Of a stretch of 64,000 nucleotides of DNA, positions 52,915 through 64,000 are shown in pieces (the first letter of the stretch is position 1; every line of letters begins with the position of its first letter). This DNA comes from Eledone cirrhosa. Its lineage: Eukaryota. The translations under genes were made by a program, and so were the position numbers. The notes under the pieces were generated by a model. It saw nothing but the letters and a program-made list of their open reading frames with translations. It was not told the DNA's origin and searched no databases. The stretch is from positions 1,302,001 through 1,366,000 of the forward strand of contig OZ024749.1 in NCBI GenBank assembly GCA_964016885.1. The letters run 5' to 3'.

Positions 52915-54492
52915 GTCATAGACTACTCAGGCACTATAAATCGTTACACACCATTAAATTCATACCCTAATGCCATAATCGAAGACCTACTCAACAAAAT
53001 TTCAAAACACACGTATTTCTCGAAAATAGATCTAAAGGCGGCTTATCACCAAATACCCATCAAATCTTCCGACTTTAAGTTGACTGCATTCGAAGCCTGT
53101 GGCCGACTATAAGAATTTACCCGTCTTCCGTTTGGATGCACAAATGCCGTTCCAATTTTCCAACGAATAATGGACACTTTCATAGACAATTACAACTTAC
53201 AATATACCTACTCATACCTTGACGACATTGTGGATTGGCAGTATTGGTAGAGGGTCGGACGCCATGCTTTGCAGCAAAGAGTTATGTCCCTTTATGGTCT
53301 GAGTTCAAATCCCGCCGAGGTTAACTTTGCCTTTCATCCTTACGGGGTCGATAAAATAAAGCACCAGTAATACACTGGGATAATTGCTGGTCTTGTGCCA
53401 AATGTAGAAACAATTATTATAGGAGACACAGTCGAAGAACATAACCATAACCTAAAGCAATTCATGAATGCAGCTAACAATGCAGATATGCAATTGAATC
53501 GAGACAAATGCAGCTTTAATCAAAATAGAATACATTTCCTTGGCCATGTCATAGAAAAAGGTAAATTAAGACCGGACCCTGAAAGGTATAAATCCCTTAT
53601 TGACATGCCGTTCCCAAAGACGTTAAAAGAGTTGAACCGGGTAATCGGTCTTTTTGCATACTATGCTAAATGGATTAAGGGCTCTTCTAACCTCTCAGTC
53701 CTTCTTACAAAGGCAAGAAACACCATTGATAAACAAGGTCTATCAAACGAAGAAAAATCTACTATTAATAAGATGAAGAAAGAACTCATAAAGGCATCAC
53801 TGTGTTCACCCGATTTCACTGCACCATTTATAATCAAAACCGACGCATCAAATATTGCCATTGGCGGAACTCTATCACAAAATGGTCGTCCAATTGCTTT
53901 TCTTAGTAGAACCCTAAATAAGTCAGAAAGAGGACATTCCATCATCGAAAAGGAAGCTTGCGCAATTATAGAATGTTGTAGAAACTGGAGGTATATGATC
54001 AGCGCCGTTCCACATTGTAATATCATAACAGACCAACGATCGGTTGCATTTGCGTTCAACAAAAAACACACTTCCAAGATTAAAAACGAGAAGGTAGCCC
54101 GTTGGCGACTGGAGTTAAGTGATCTTAACCTTACCTTCTCATATAGAGCTGGTTCATTAAACCAAGCCGCAGACGCCCTATCGCGCTGCTGCTCTACTAA
54201 GACGGAACACGAATTATATAATATTCACTCACGTCTATGTCATCCGGGGCTCACCAGACTTCTACATTATTGTAAATCAATGAACTTGGCATATTCTATT
54301 AATGAAATAAGAGAAGTTATCGCCAATTGCAAAATATGCCGTGAATGTAAACCACAATTCTATAAACCACCCAAAGGAAGATTAATACATGCGACAAGAC
54401 CCTAGGAAAGACTATCAATGGACTTTGTGGGTCCCATGGCTATCTCAAACGGTTTTCGATTTATATTGACTATAGTTGACGAGTACTCACGT
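52915..54492 (+). mobile_element. Gypsy/Ty3 LTR-retrotransposon pol fragment (RT, RNase H, integrase N-terminus)
   Basis: FSKIDLKAAYHQI, RLPFGCTNA, YLDDI; TDASNIAIGGTL; H-x4-HPG..C-x2-C; MDFVGP..VDEYSR. Domain order RT-RH-IN. Confidence 0.93.
53230..53418 (+). mobile_element. SINE family A inserted in Gypsy RT
   Basis: Complete head to tail, immediately after the YLDDI codons. Confidence 0.92.
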
Positions 54493-56520
54493 CCATTTTC
54501 CCACACTAGCATGGGTCAGACAAGCTGCCCCATTGTGAGACAAGCCAGGTCAGATGACCATGTCTTCCTCATACAGAACTGGTTGTGGCTTGGTTTCTAC
54601 AGCTGGAGGCCCTTCCTAACACCAACAACATTTACAGTGTGGGCTGGGTGCTATTTGTGGTGTCACCATCATGACCACGTTAGAGTGTGGGCTGGGGACT
54701 TGAGGAGGTGTGTGGGGATTAGGGAGGTAGAACTATGGGCATGCGTGAGGTGCAGTGTTTGAGTTCGGTGGAGTGTTAAAACATGAGAGGTGCAAGAGGG
54801 AGACAGACGTGGATGAAGGGAGTGGTGTTAGGATGTGAAGGTGGGTCTTCTGTATTACTGCATAATGCCAGAGATCTTCATCCCATGTCATCGAACTCAA
54901 CAAGTACAATTGGGCAAGGTCTGCTTTTGTCACCTCATCCCAAATCTTCCTAGGTCTTCCTTCACCATAGCTTCCATCAAGTTTGATCCTCCCACACCTT
55001 TTTATACAGCTGTCATCCTTCATGTGTATCACATGTCTATACCAATACAATCTCCTCTCCTGCACACTGCATCTTATCCCTCCTATGTCCAGTTTTTCCC
55101 TGTTTATTTATGCTTTGCCATTCATGTATATCACTATTGCACATCCATTGAAGCATGGAAGCTTCATTTCTTTCCAACCTTTGTAGGTCCTCTGCACCCA
55201 GTGCTCAGGTCTCACTGCCGTGCAATATTGTGTTCATATACATGCATCATACAATCGGCCCTTCATTTTGAGGGAAAAACCTTGTGTGTTTAGCAACGGT
55301 AGTAGCTCCCTGAACTTTCTCCAACCCATTCTCGCTCTGACTACTTTCAGAACATCCACCTCTACTGTTAATTTGGTTGCCCAGGTAATGGAAACTATCA
55401 ACTACTTATATCGAGCCCTCTGGGCATTTAAGGGTGTTAGTATCCTGTGGACACTTGCTACTTACTGCACCTGTGCAACCACCACATAAAAAGACCTGTG
55501 TTCTTTGCTAGCCTACCTGAAATCCCACTGCATCTCGTGTACCCATAGTATACCTTTCCTGCATACTGAGCAAGGACATTTCCCTGAGGGAATCTGGGCC
55601 CTCTTATCCTTTCTACATACTTTCTTCTCTAATTCTGCCTTATATTCAGCTATGAGAGATCGTATGCTAACACTATAGTCATTGTTAATTCTAACCTTGC
55701 TGACTGTTCCTCTATATATGGGTTGTAGAGCTTTCATAAGCCACTCCTAGTTTTCTAAGAGCCCATCAGTTGCCTCACAAGGACAAGGGCATCAGTGGTA
55801 CTTATACCTGGTACAAATCCAAACTGCATTTCATCAAGGTTAACTCGGTCTTTCATCAGCTGTGCTATAACTCTTTGTCACCTTCCTGACCTGGTCAACT
55901 GACTTAATACCTCTAGTTTCTCTGTCTAGAGCATCTCCTTTGCCCTTGTAGCAGTTGATGCCAGCCATTTGGTATGACACTACTTTGTATTACTAGGTTT
56001 ACAATACAGGTGGTTATGATGTGACCCACCATCCAAGATGCTTGCAGCATCTCACCAACTATCCCAGAATGTCCAGCTCTTTTGCTTGTCTTCATATCCT
56101 TGATTGCCTTACTATACTACTGTTGACTTGTACCGCCAGTCCCTTTGTTGGGTTCCTCTTCCCAATCATTCTCCTCATTCAGTAGTTTCATAGTGACACT
56201 TCCATGCTACTTTCTTTTCAGTGAATGCAAGTACACCATTATCATCTTGGACACGAAATCCTAAACACCTCAGGCCATTGGTCCTCACTTTGTAGAATCT
56301 TGTTTTCTGCTTCCCTTCTTGCCAAGTATACCTGTTGCCTAGCTTCTCTCCTAGCTCTCTGGTAGTGTTCTCTACTTCCCCCCATTCTGCCATTCTTTCC
56401 ATGCCTGTCTTTTGGCTTTCTCTTCCACCTGTTCCACCACGTTCCACCACCAAGTCACTAGGTTATGTTGAGAGGTGCATTCTTCAGAGAGGGAATCTTT
56501 ACAACTGAGACTGTCTTTTC
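54490..56520 (-). mobile_element. Degenerate RTE LINE (PHD family), multiply deleted
   Basis: VTWWWN, RGTVSKVRINNDYS, QERRLYWY, 3' UTR. Confidence 0.88.
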
Positions 56521-56613
56521 TGTTTTTTTGAAGTTTGTATGTATGTATATACATAATATATTATAATAATAATAATATACATATATATATATATCTGTGA
56601 TTTGACACATATA

Positions 56614-56645
<32 letters not shown>

Positions 56646-56726
56646 ATATGTATGTATGTATGTAATGTGTGTGTGTGTGCATCCCTGTTTTTATAAAAGA
56701 GATCAATGAAATATGTACAAGACTTG

Positions 56727-56822
56727 AAAAGATAAGTACCGGGGTCACTATGATTGACTAAATCAAAGCGATGCCCCAGCATGGCCTCAGTCTAATGACT
56801 GAAACAAGTAAAAGAATAAAAA
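56727..56822 (+). mobile_element. SINE 3' segment (family C)
   Basis: ATAAGTACCGGGGTC..GCCCCAGCATGGCC..TGACTGAAACAAGTAAAAGA. Confidence 0.65.
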
Positions 56823-57018
56823 GAAAAAAAAACCTCCGGCCACCCCTGTTGGGGTATGTACTGCCAAAGATACAAGGTGGAATAGAAACGACTGAACAAC
56901 AAAAAGAAAAGTAGACTCTTACCTTTACCCAGGTCAGATCTTAATAAAAAAAATGAGAAAGAAATATGGAAAACAATGTTTTTCTTTTTCATATATATAT
57001 AATATATATGATTATATA

Positions 57019-57024
57019 TTTATT
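57019..57024 (-). promoter_or_regulatory. Polyadenylation signal AATAAA
   Basis: About 50 nt downstream of the stop codon of 57073-57522. Confidence 0.55.
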
Positions 57025-57072
57025 GATTTAAGTCGAAATTTAAACGGCTGTTTTCCCCAATTTTACTGTGTA

Positions 57073-57522
57073 TTATTTTTTCATGACAGTAATAGTGGCT
57101 GTAGGTGAACAGTGGTGGTGATGGTCACAACAACCATGGCAAGGACCGCAAGGACCGCAAGGACCGCAAGGACCGCAAGGACCGCAAGGACCGCAAGGAG
57201 CACATGGACCGCAAGGAGCACATGGAGCGCAAGGGGCGCAAGGAACGCAGGGAACGCAAGGAACGCAAGGAGTACAAGGAACACAATGACAAGGGTGACA
57301 GACTGGCTTCTGTATCAGAGATATTTTCACTCTCTTGGGTGGTATATAACAGTGGCAGTGACCATGGCAATGACTATGACAATGACCATGGCAATGTCCG
57401 TGGCAGTGTCCGTGGCAGTGTCCGTGGCAATGTCCATGACAGTGTCCGTGGCAGTGATGTCCGTGGCAGTGATGGGTTTGCATAATTAGGGAGTCGGTTA
57501 AACAATCACAACAACAAGTCAT
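57073..57522 (-). CDS. Cys/His/Pro-rich repeat protein, (HCHG)n + (CxP)n; CGP-motif sperm-tail-like or metal-binding
   Basis: 149-aa ATG-TAA ORF in unique sequence, AAAATG start context, repeat variation mostly at synonymous sites, downstream AATAAA. Confidence 0.82.
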   Translation of the reverse strand: MTCCCDCLTDSLIMQTHHCHGHHCHGHCHGHCHGHCHGHCHGHCHGHCHSHCHGHCHCYIPPKRVKISLIQKPVCHPCHCVPCTPCVPCVPCVPCAPCAPCAPCGPCAPCGPCGPCGPCGPCGPCGPCHGCCDHHHHCSPTATITVMKK

Positions 57523-58924
57523 TTTTCTGCTATTTCATGCAAAATGTCCAAATAGAGAATATAGTGTATTTTCTTTCTCCTGTGATTTGACACAATCAGT
57601 CTTGTTTTTGGTAAACTGGACTTTATTTTAACAATCTCCTTTCAGATTGAGAAAGTCTGACCAAAAACCTTAACGAACAACCTCACCTAACAGCTTCAAG
57701 TTGTTAAATGAAATGTGGAAGACTGGATGAGTTTCCAGTCGATACTAAGCTGTGATTATGACAAGACAAAGCATTATGACATCATAAAGCATACGCTGTT
57801 GTTCTTTGTTAGAGAGAAATAAAATTGATTTTTCTTTCTCGTGAAATTAGAATTGTTTGAAAAAAAAAGGGGTAAATTTAAGATAGATACATGGGTTGTG
57901 TTAACCTAGGACCACTTCCCACCCCAGACCTCCTTACGCACTTCGGTTTTTTCCAACTTTTGTATAATTGAAGAAAATATATATGTACAAATCCCAAATC
58001 AAAAGATACATTTATACCAGGTTGGGAGCCCTGGGGACACATGTTATTGCGATACTTTTACATATCCAACCGCCTGAAACTGACCCTGTTTCTATGATGC
58101 AAAACTATTTCTTTTAAAGTGTTTATATTTATCTAAAAACCTTCCATTCATAATTCTATGTAAGAACCTTTGTTAAGTTATGTTCCACACACCAGTTTAC
58201 TAACAAATTTGTTATTAGTTTCAAAATTTGAATAACACAGACAGTATATTTTATTATAAATATAGTAACAAGGGAATTAAGATAATTGTTTCTACGTTTG
58301 GCACAAGGCCAGCAAATACCCAGTACATTACTGGTACTTTATTTTATCGACCCCGTAAGGATGAAAGGCAAAGTTAACCTCGGCGGGAATTAAAATAATG
58401 CATCACATAATCACATTAAAAAAATGCCTCATACACCAGACCAATGATTCTCAACCTTTTCCACACCCAAAGACTCCATTGATCTAAATGACTTTCTCCA
58501 TGAGGCACCAGACTTTTGAGAGGACTGACTACTTTAAACTGACACACCTCCACTACTACTTTCATAATTATTTGATTATCATAGCGTCTTTCATGAGAAA
58601 TATGTAATGAAAGGGTTAACAGAGCTGGTATTAAGGGATTTAACATCTTAAGCAAGCTCTATACTGTGCACCCTGCCCCACACTATCATATGACATGTCA
58701 TAATACAATACAACCCTCTACACTACATTATTTATTAATCACAGGAAATTATAAAAATGTTCATTCCAACCATGCAGCACTCAGCATCAAACCTATCAAG
58801 TGCAAGTCAGAGATCACTTTCTGTTGAGTTCAGTAAACCATGTTGTCTGCAAATTCCAGCCAACTGATTCCGTGATTTCACTTCCAACCCAGCTGCGCAT
58901 GTCAATCCTGTTCAAGAAAATAAT

Positions 58925-59107
58925 TGTTTCTACTTTAGGCACAAGGCCAGCAATTACCCAGTGCATTACTGGTACTTTATTTTATCGACCCCGTAAGGAT
59001 GAAAGGCAAAGTCAACCTCGGCGGGATTTGAACTCAGATCGTAAAGGGACGTAACTATGCTGGAAAGCATGGCGTCCGACCCTCTACCGATACTGCCAAT
59101 CCACCGC
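58925..59107 (-). mobile_element. Full-length SINE family A with 18-bp TSD
   Basis: A box TGGCAGTATCGG, B box GAGTTCAAATCC; TSD CCTGTTCA(A/T)GAAAATAAT. Confidence 0.93.
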
Positions 59108-59200
59108 CCTGTTCATGAAAATAATGAAAAGGAGAGGTGACAGTATGCACCTTTGGCGGAGTCTAACTCCCACATTGAATGGGGTTCTCTTCTCTTCAGA
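59108..59200 (-). mobile_element. Old LINE RT fragment interrupted by the SINE
   Basis: PFNVGVRLRQRCILSPLLFIIFMNR. Confidence 0.7.
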
Positions 59201-59939
59201 GAGCACACGTGCACACACTTAGGTCACATTAAGGTCAACTGCAGGAATCGGTGATAAGTTACAAAAAAGTGTGATGATCAATGTCCTGGAAGTTGGCTTA
59301 CCATGAGACTAGTCCGAAGAATGAAACCCAAATCGTATGTTGACGAATATTTGTACTTCCAGCATGTTAATTGTAACATGCTGTCTTTGAGAGTAGAGTT
59401 TATTTTGTCGATATTTCGAGGTGTCAGATTGTGGGAAGATTAACACGAATTAAGAAGATGTAACTTCTCCCCCATTATTGACACTTTGCAACAGTGAATG
59501 TTACAAGGCCCTTTTTAGGGCCAACACTTCTGATTGTTTATCCGACTTATTATGATGTGTTTTCTCGGGTTATTATAGGGGGAAAACGGGATAGTTTTAT
59601 TGAATTGCTTCAGTCATTTGAAGGGCTTTACAAACGGTGATAACAGTACCTGAATATGTTCACTCGGTTATAATTTCTTCAATAATTGCGATGACTTCCT
59701 CAATTGTTCTGCGTTTGTTCTTGAGTGTTAAGGCAGTAAGTTTGCTATTCTTATACATAAGTTTGTTGAATAAGGTCAATACTCTTCCAGCTCAAACTTC
59801 CCAACTTATTCACTCTGAATGAAGAAAGCTGGATGGAAGAAGGACTTATGACTTAAACAGCTATTGATAGTTCCACACAAAAATTCATCTGCCATAAATA
59901 CACCTATGGAAATCCAGTATGGGCACCCAGGGTCGCTAG

Positions 59940-60100
59940 CATTTTCAGGGGAGCGGAAAGTTGATTAAATAGACCCCAGTGTCTTACTGGTACTTTATTT
60001 TATCGATGAAAGGTAAAGCAAAACCATGACCGGATTTGAACTCAGAACGTAAAGGGCCATAACAATATATCGCAAAGCATGTTGTTTGATGCTCTGCCGA
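59940..60100 (-). mobile_element. SINE family A, diverged
   Basis: ACTGGTACTTTATTTTATCGA..GGATTTGAACTCAGA. Confidence 0.75.
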
Positions 60101-60253
60101 TAATAATAAACAATGTTTTAGGTAGTTTCCACAAGATTTTGTAGTCGCTAAAACAGTCCATTTACAATATGAATGTATGAGTTCGGCAATATCTGTAATG
60201 TACGGAGAGATTGCTGAACACACAGATACATAGAGACATATATACATATACAC

Positions 60254-60330
60254 ACAGGGCCGGATTAAAACCCTTAGAGGCCCTAACCACTAAAAAATGT
60301 TGGTGTCCCCTACATTTGTAGATCAAAACA
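60254..60330 (+). mobile_element. hAT-like terminal sequence
   Basis: CAGGGCCGGATTAA..GAGGCCCTA start; partner end not seen. Confidence 0.45.
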
Positions 60331-60438
60331 TAAACAATAATATATGGTAAATTAAAGTTTTATTTATTTAAATTTCAAAATAAAGCAAAACATACAGAAA
60401 GAGAGAAAATAATTTTATTTATTGAATAATTTTTTTCA

Positions 60439-62346
60439 TGGTAATACATACATCTAGGACCACATACAACACACCAGCAGATAATACACACATCTAGGAC
60501 CACATACAACACACTAGCAGGTAATACATACATCTAGGACCAAATACAACACCCCATCAGGTAATACATACATCTAGGACCACATACAACACACAAGCAG
60601 GTAATACATACATCTAGGACCACGTACAACACACAAGCAGGTAATACACACATCTAGGATCACGTATAATACACAAGCAGGTAATACACACATCTAGGAC
60701 CACATACAACACACCAGCAGGTAATACATACATCTAGGACCACATACAACACACCAGGTAATACACACATCTAGGACCACATAGAACACACAAGCAGGTA
60801 ATACACACATATAGGACCACATACAACACACAAGCAGGTAATACATACATCTAGGACCACATACTACACACCAGCAGGTAATACACACATCTAGGACAAC
60901 ATACAACACACAAGCAGGTAATACACACATCTAGGACCACATATAACACACAAGCAGGTAATACATACATCTAGGACCACGTACAAAACACCAGCAGGTA
61001 ATACATACATCTAGGGCCACATACAACACACCAGCAAGTAATACATACATCTAGGACCACATACAACACACCAGCAGGTAATACACACATCTAGGACCAC
61101 ATACGACACACCAGCAGGTAATACACACATCTAGGACCACATACAACACACCAGGTAATACACACATCTAGGACCACGTACAATACACAAGCAGGTAATA
61201 CGCACATCTAGGACCACATACAACACACCAGCAGGTAATACACACATCTAGGGCCACATACAACACACCAGCAAGTAATACACACATCTAGGACCACGTA
61301 CAATACACAAGCAGGTAATACACACATCTAGGACCACGTACAATACACAAGCAGGTAATATATACATCTAGGACCACATACAACACACCAGCAGGTAATA
61401 CATACATCTAGGACCACATACAACACACCAGCAGGTAATACACACATCTAGGACCACATACAACACACAAGCAGGTAATACATACATCTAGGACCACATT
61501 CAACACACAAGCAAGTAATACATACATCTAGGACCACATACAACACACCAGCAGGTAATACACACATCTAGGACCACATACAACACACAAGTAGGTAATA
61601 CATACATCTAGGACCACATACAACACACCAGCAGGTAATTCATACATCTAGGACCACATACAACACACAAGTAGGTAATACATACATCTAGGACCACATA
61701 CAACACACCAGCAGGTAATACATACATCTAGGACCACATACAACACGCCAGCAAGTAATACACACATCTAGGACTACATACAACACACCAGCAGGTAATA
61801 CACACATCTAGGACCACATACAACACACAAGTAGGTAATACATACATCTAGGACCACATACAACACACCAGCAGGTAATACACACATCTAGGACCACATA
61901 CAACACGCCAGCAGGTAATACATACATCTAAGACCACGTACAACACACCAGCAGGTAATACACACATCTAGGACCACATACAACACACCAGCAGGTAATA
62001 CACACATCTAGGACCACGTATAACACACAAGCAGATAATACATACATCTAGGACCACGTACAACACACCAGCAGGTAATACATACATCTAGGACCACATA
62101 CAACACATAAGCAGGTAATACACACATCTAGGGACCACATACAACACACCAGCAGGTAATACATACATCTAGGACCACATACAACACACCAGCAGGTAAT
62201 ACACACATCTTGGACCACATACAACACACCAGCAGGTAATACACACATCTAGGACCACATACAACACACAAGTAGGTAATACATACATCTAGGACCACAT
62301 ACAACACACCAGTAGGTAATACATACATCTAGGACCACATACAACA
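60439..62346. repeat. Satellite, 40-bp unit, ~47 copies
   Basis: Unit GGTAATACATACATCTAGGACCACATACAACACACCAGCA. Confidence 0.97.
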
Positions 62347-62594
62347 AAGGGCAGGTGAAAGGGGTGGACAAGTGAAACTGCTACCAGAGCAACAGATAAC
62401 AAAATCGCGAGGAGCACTGGGAAACTTCTCTAATAATTTTTTAAGCAAGCATGCACAGAGTTACCTCGACTGATGCGCTGGAACAGCCAAGCGCCCTCAC
62501 GAGTATCACCAGTTACTTCTGTTAGGCGAGCCACAAGTGAAGAACCTCGCAGTCAGTGGCCCGACTCTCTCAAATGTCTCGAGTACCTGAGCAT

Positions 62595-63018
62595 CGTTGT
62601 CGTTTAAACGTCCATTTCTACGCTAGCATGGGTTAGATGAGCTGTCCCGTTGTGAGTGCACCAGATCGGGGGAACATGTTTTGTTCCCATAGAACTGATT
62701 TGGGCTTGGTTTCTATGGGTGCCCTTCCGAACGCCAACCAAATTTACAGTGTGTACTTGGTGCTTTTTTGTTGTGACTCCTACATGACCACTTTAAAGAA
62801 TCGACTGGGTGGTTTTATCGTGTCATCTTCACGATTACGATACAGTGTGGACTGGGTGGTTTTATCGTGACATCTACACGATTACATTATAGTGTGGACT
62901 GGGTGGTTTTATCGTGACATCTACACGATTACATTATAGTGTGGACTGGGTGGTTTTAACGTGACATCTACACGATTACATTATAGTGTGGACTGGGTGG
63001 TTTTATCGTGACTCCTAT
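62595..63018 (-). mobile_element. RTE LINE 3' UTR with expanded 47-bp subrepeat
   Basis: GTGTGGACTGGGTGGTTTT at 62845, 62892, 62939 and 62986. Confidence 0.8.
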
Positions 63019-63510
63019 GGGAGGGAAGGTGGTGTATACTAGATATATATATATAGAGAGATATATATACAGAGAGAGAGAGATGTGCATGTGAAAAAAA
63101 TGATGTATGTATAAAAATTAAATGCCTGAAGATTCATAAGATGTATATATAAAAAATAGATATAAAAAATGAAGTGTAGATGCCTGTATGAAAAAAACCC
63201 TGAACTGGGAGGGGATTTTATTGGGGGCATGCCTTGTTTATATACATTCTGGTTTTGGCATATTTTCCATAGTTGGATACCATTCATATCACTGATCATT
63301 TTACAGTGTACTGGGTGCATTTTATTGCAGTACCAGCATTAAGGAAGTTGTCATATGTTTGTACACAACACAATAGCCCTCTTAACCTTTTCTTTGACAT
63401 GGTCTCTGCAACTGGATATCCTTCCTATCACTAATTACTTTACAGAGTGTACTTGTTGCATTGTATTATGGCACCAGCATTGGGGAAGTTGTCATGTCCC
63501 TAAAAATGTT

Positions 63511-63722
63511 TTAACCCTTTAGCATTTACATTACTCTATATTTACAATTGTATTTTCACTGTAAAGGCTTTACCTTACATAATATCTCACTATGAAATTT
63601 TGATATTTATTTTGAGAACAATACCTTAACATCAGTATGAGTAACTGGGTACAATCGGTTTGAACAGAAAGAGGTGAGAGAATTCTGGCCATATACAGCC
63701 AGTTTAAATGCTACAGGGTTAA
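63511..63722. mobile_element. piggyBac-like MITE
   Basis: TTAA-CCCTTTAGCATTTA..TAAATGCTACAGGG-TTAA. Confidence 0.8.
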
Positions 63723-64000
63723 ATTGAGAAGCCGATATATTAACCACTTAATTACTCCAGCTACGAGTATTCGATTAACGAGAATCATGTGTAAAGACTG
63801 AAGACTTACAGACTTTTTAATGATATTGATGGATTCATTATATTTAATCCACTTTATCAAAGCAGACATATTTCCATTACTGATCACATTTTTGTTTCAA
63901 AGAAATTCATGCACACAATCATGAATATAAACAATCACATAGATGCATATACTTACACATACACACACTCAAATATACACATATAAGTACACAAACATAC

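Noticed and set aside
57105-57489. Plus-strand and alternative-frame ORFs over the Cys/His gene
   Set aside because: Shadow frames; nucleotide variation best preserves the Cys/His/Pro residues in the 57073-57522 frame.
59640-59820. Possible minus-strand exon with AG/GT ends
   Set aside because: Stops in all three frames between the putative splice sites.
63126-63200. CUGAAGA..GAAA spacing
   Set aside because: No convincing stem I or stem III.

Overview
Eukaryotic, AT-rich, repeat-dominated DNA. The SINE, LINE and microsatellite content looks like an octopod cephalopod genome, which is an inference. It holds one near-full-length degenerate RTE-clade LINE with a PHD-type zinc finger inside its RT (~40.8-44.5 kb) and about a dozen fragments of that family. 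It also holds a second RTE family, an R4/Dong RT fragment, a Gypsy pol fragment, many tRNA-derived SINEs, small DNA-transposon derivatives and nine larger tandem arrays. Two signals stand out. (1) At least nine type I hammerhead ribozyme motifs with an intact core and pairable stems, plus several decayed ones. Most have the minimal palindromic stem III typical of Penelope-like-element pLTRs, several sit in inverted repeats, some have long stem II arms, and several have a non-canonical U-U at the base of stem II. (2) One credible host gene: a 149-aa single-exon Cys/His-rich protein with (HCHG)n and (CxP)n repeats at 57073-57522 (-), resembling sperm-tail CGP-motif proteins. Most long ORFs in the track are satellite artefacts. 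All structures were paired by eye; no database search was run.
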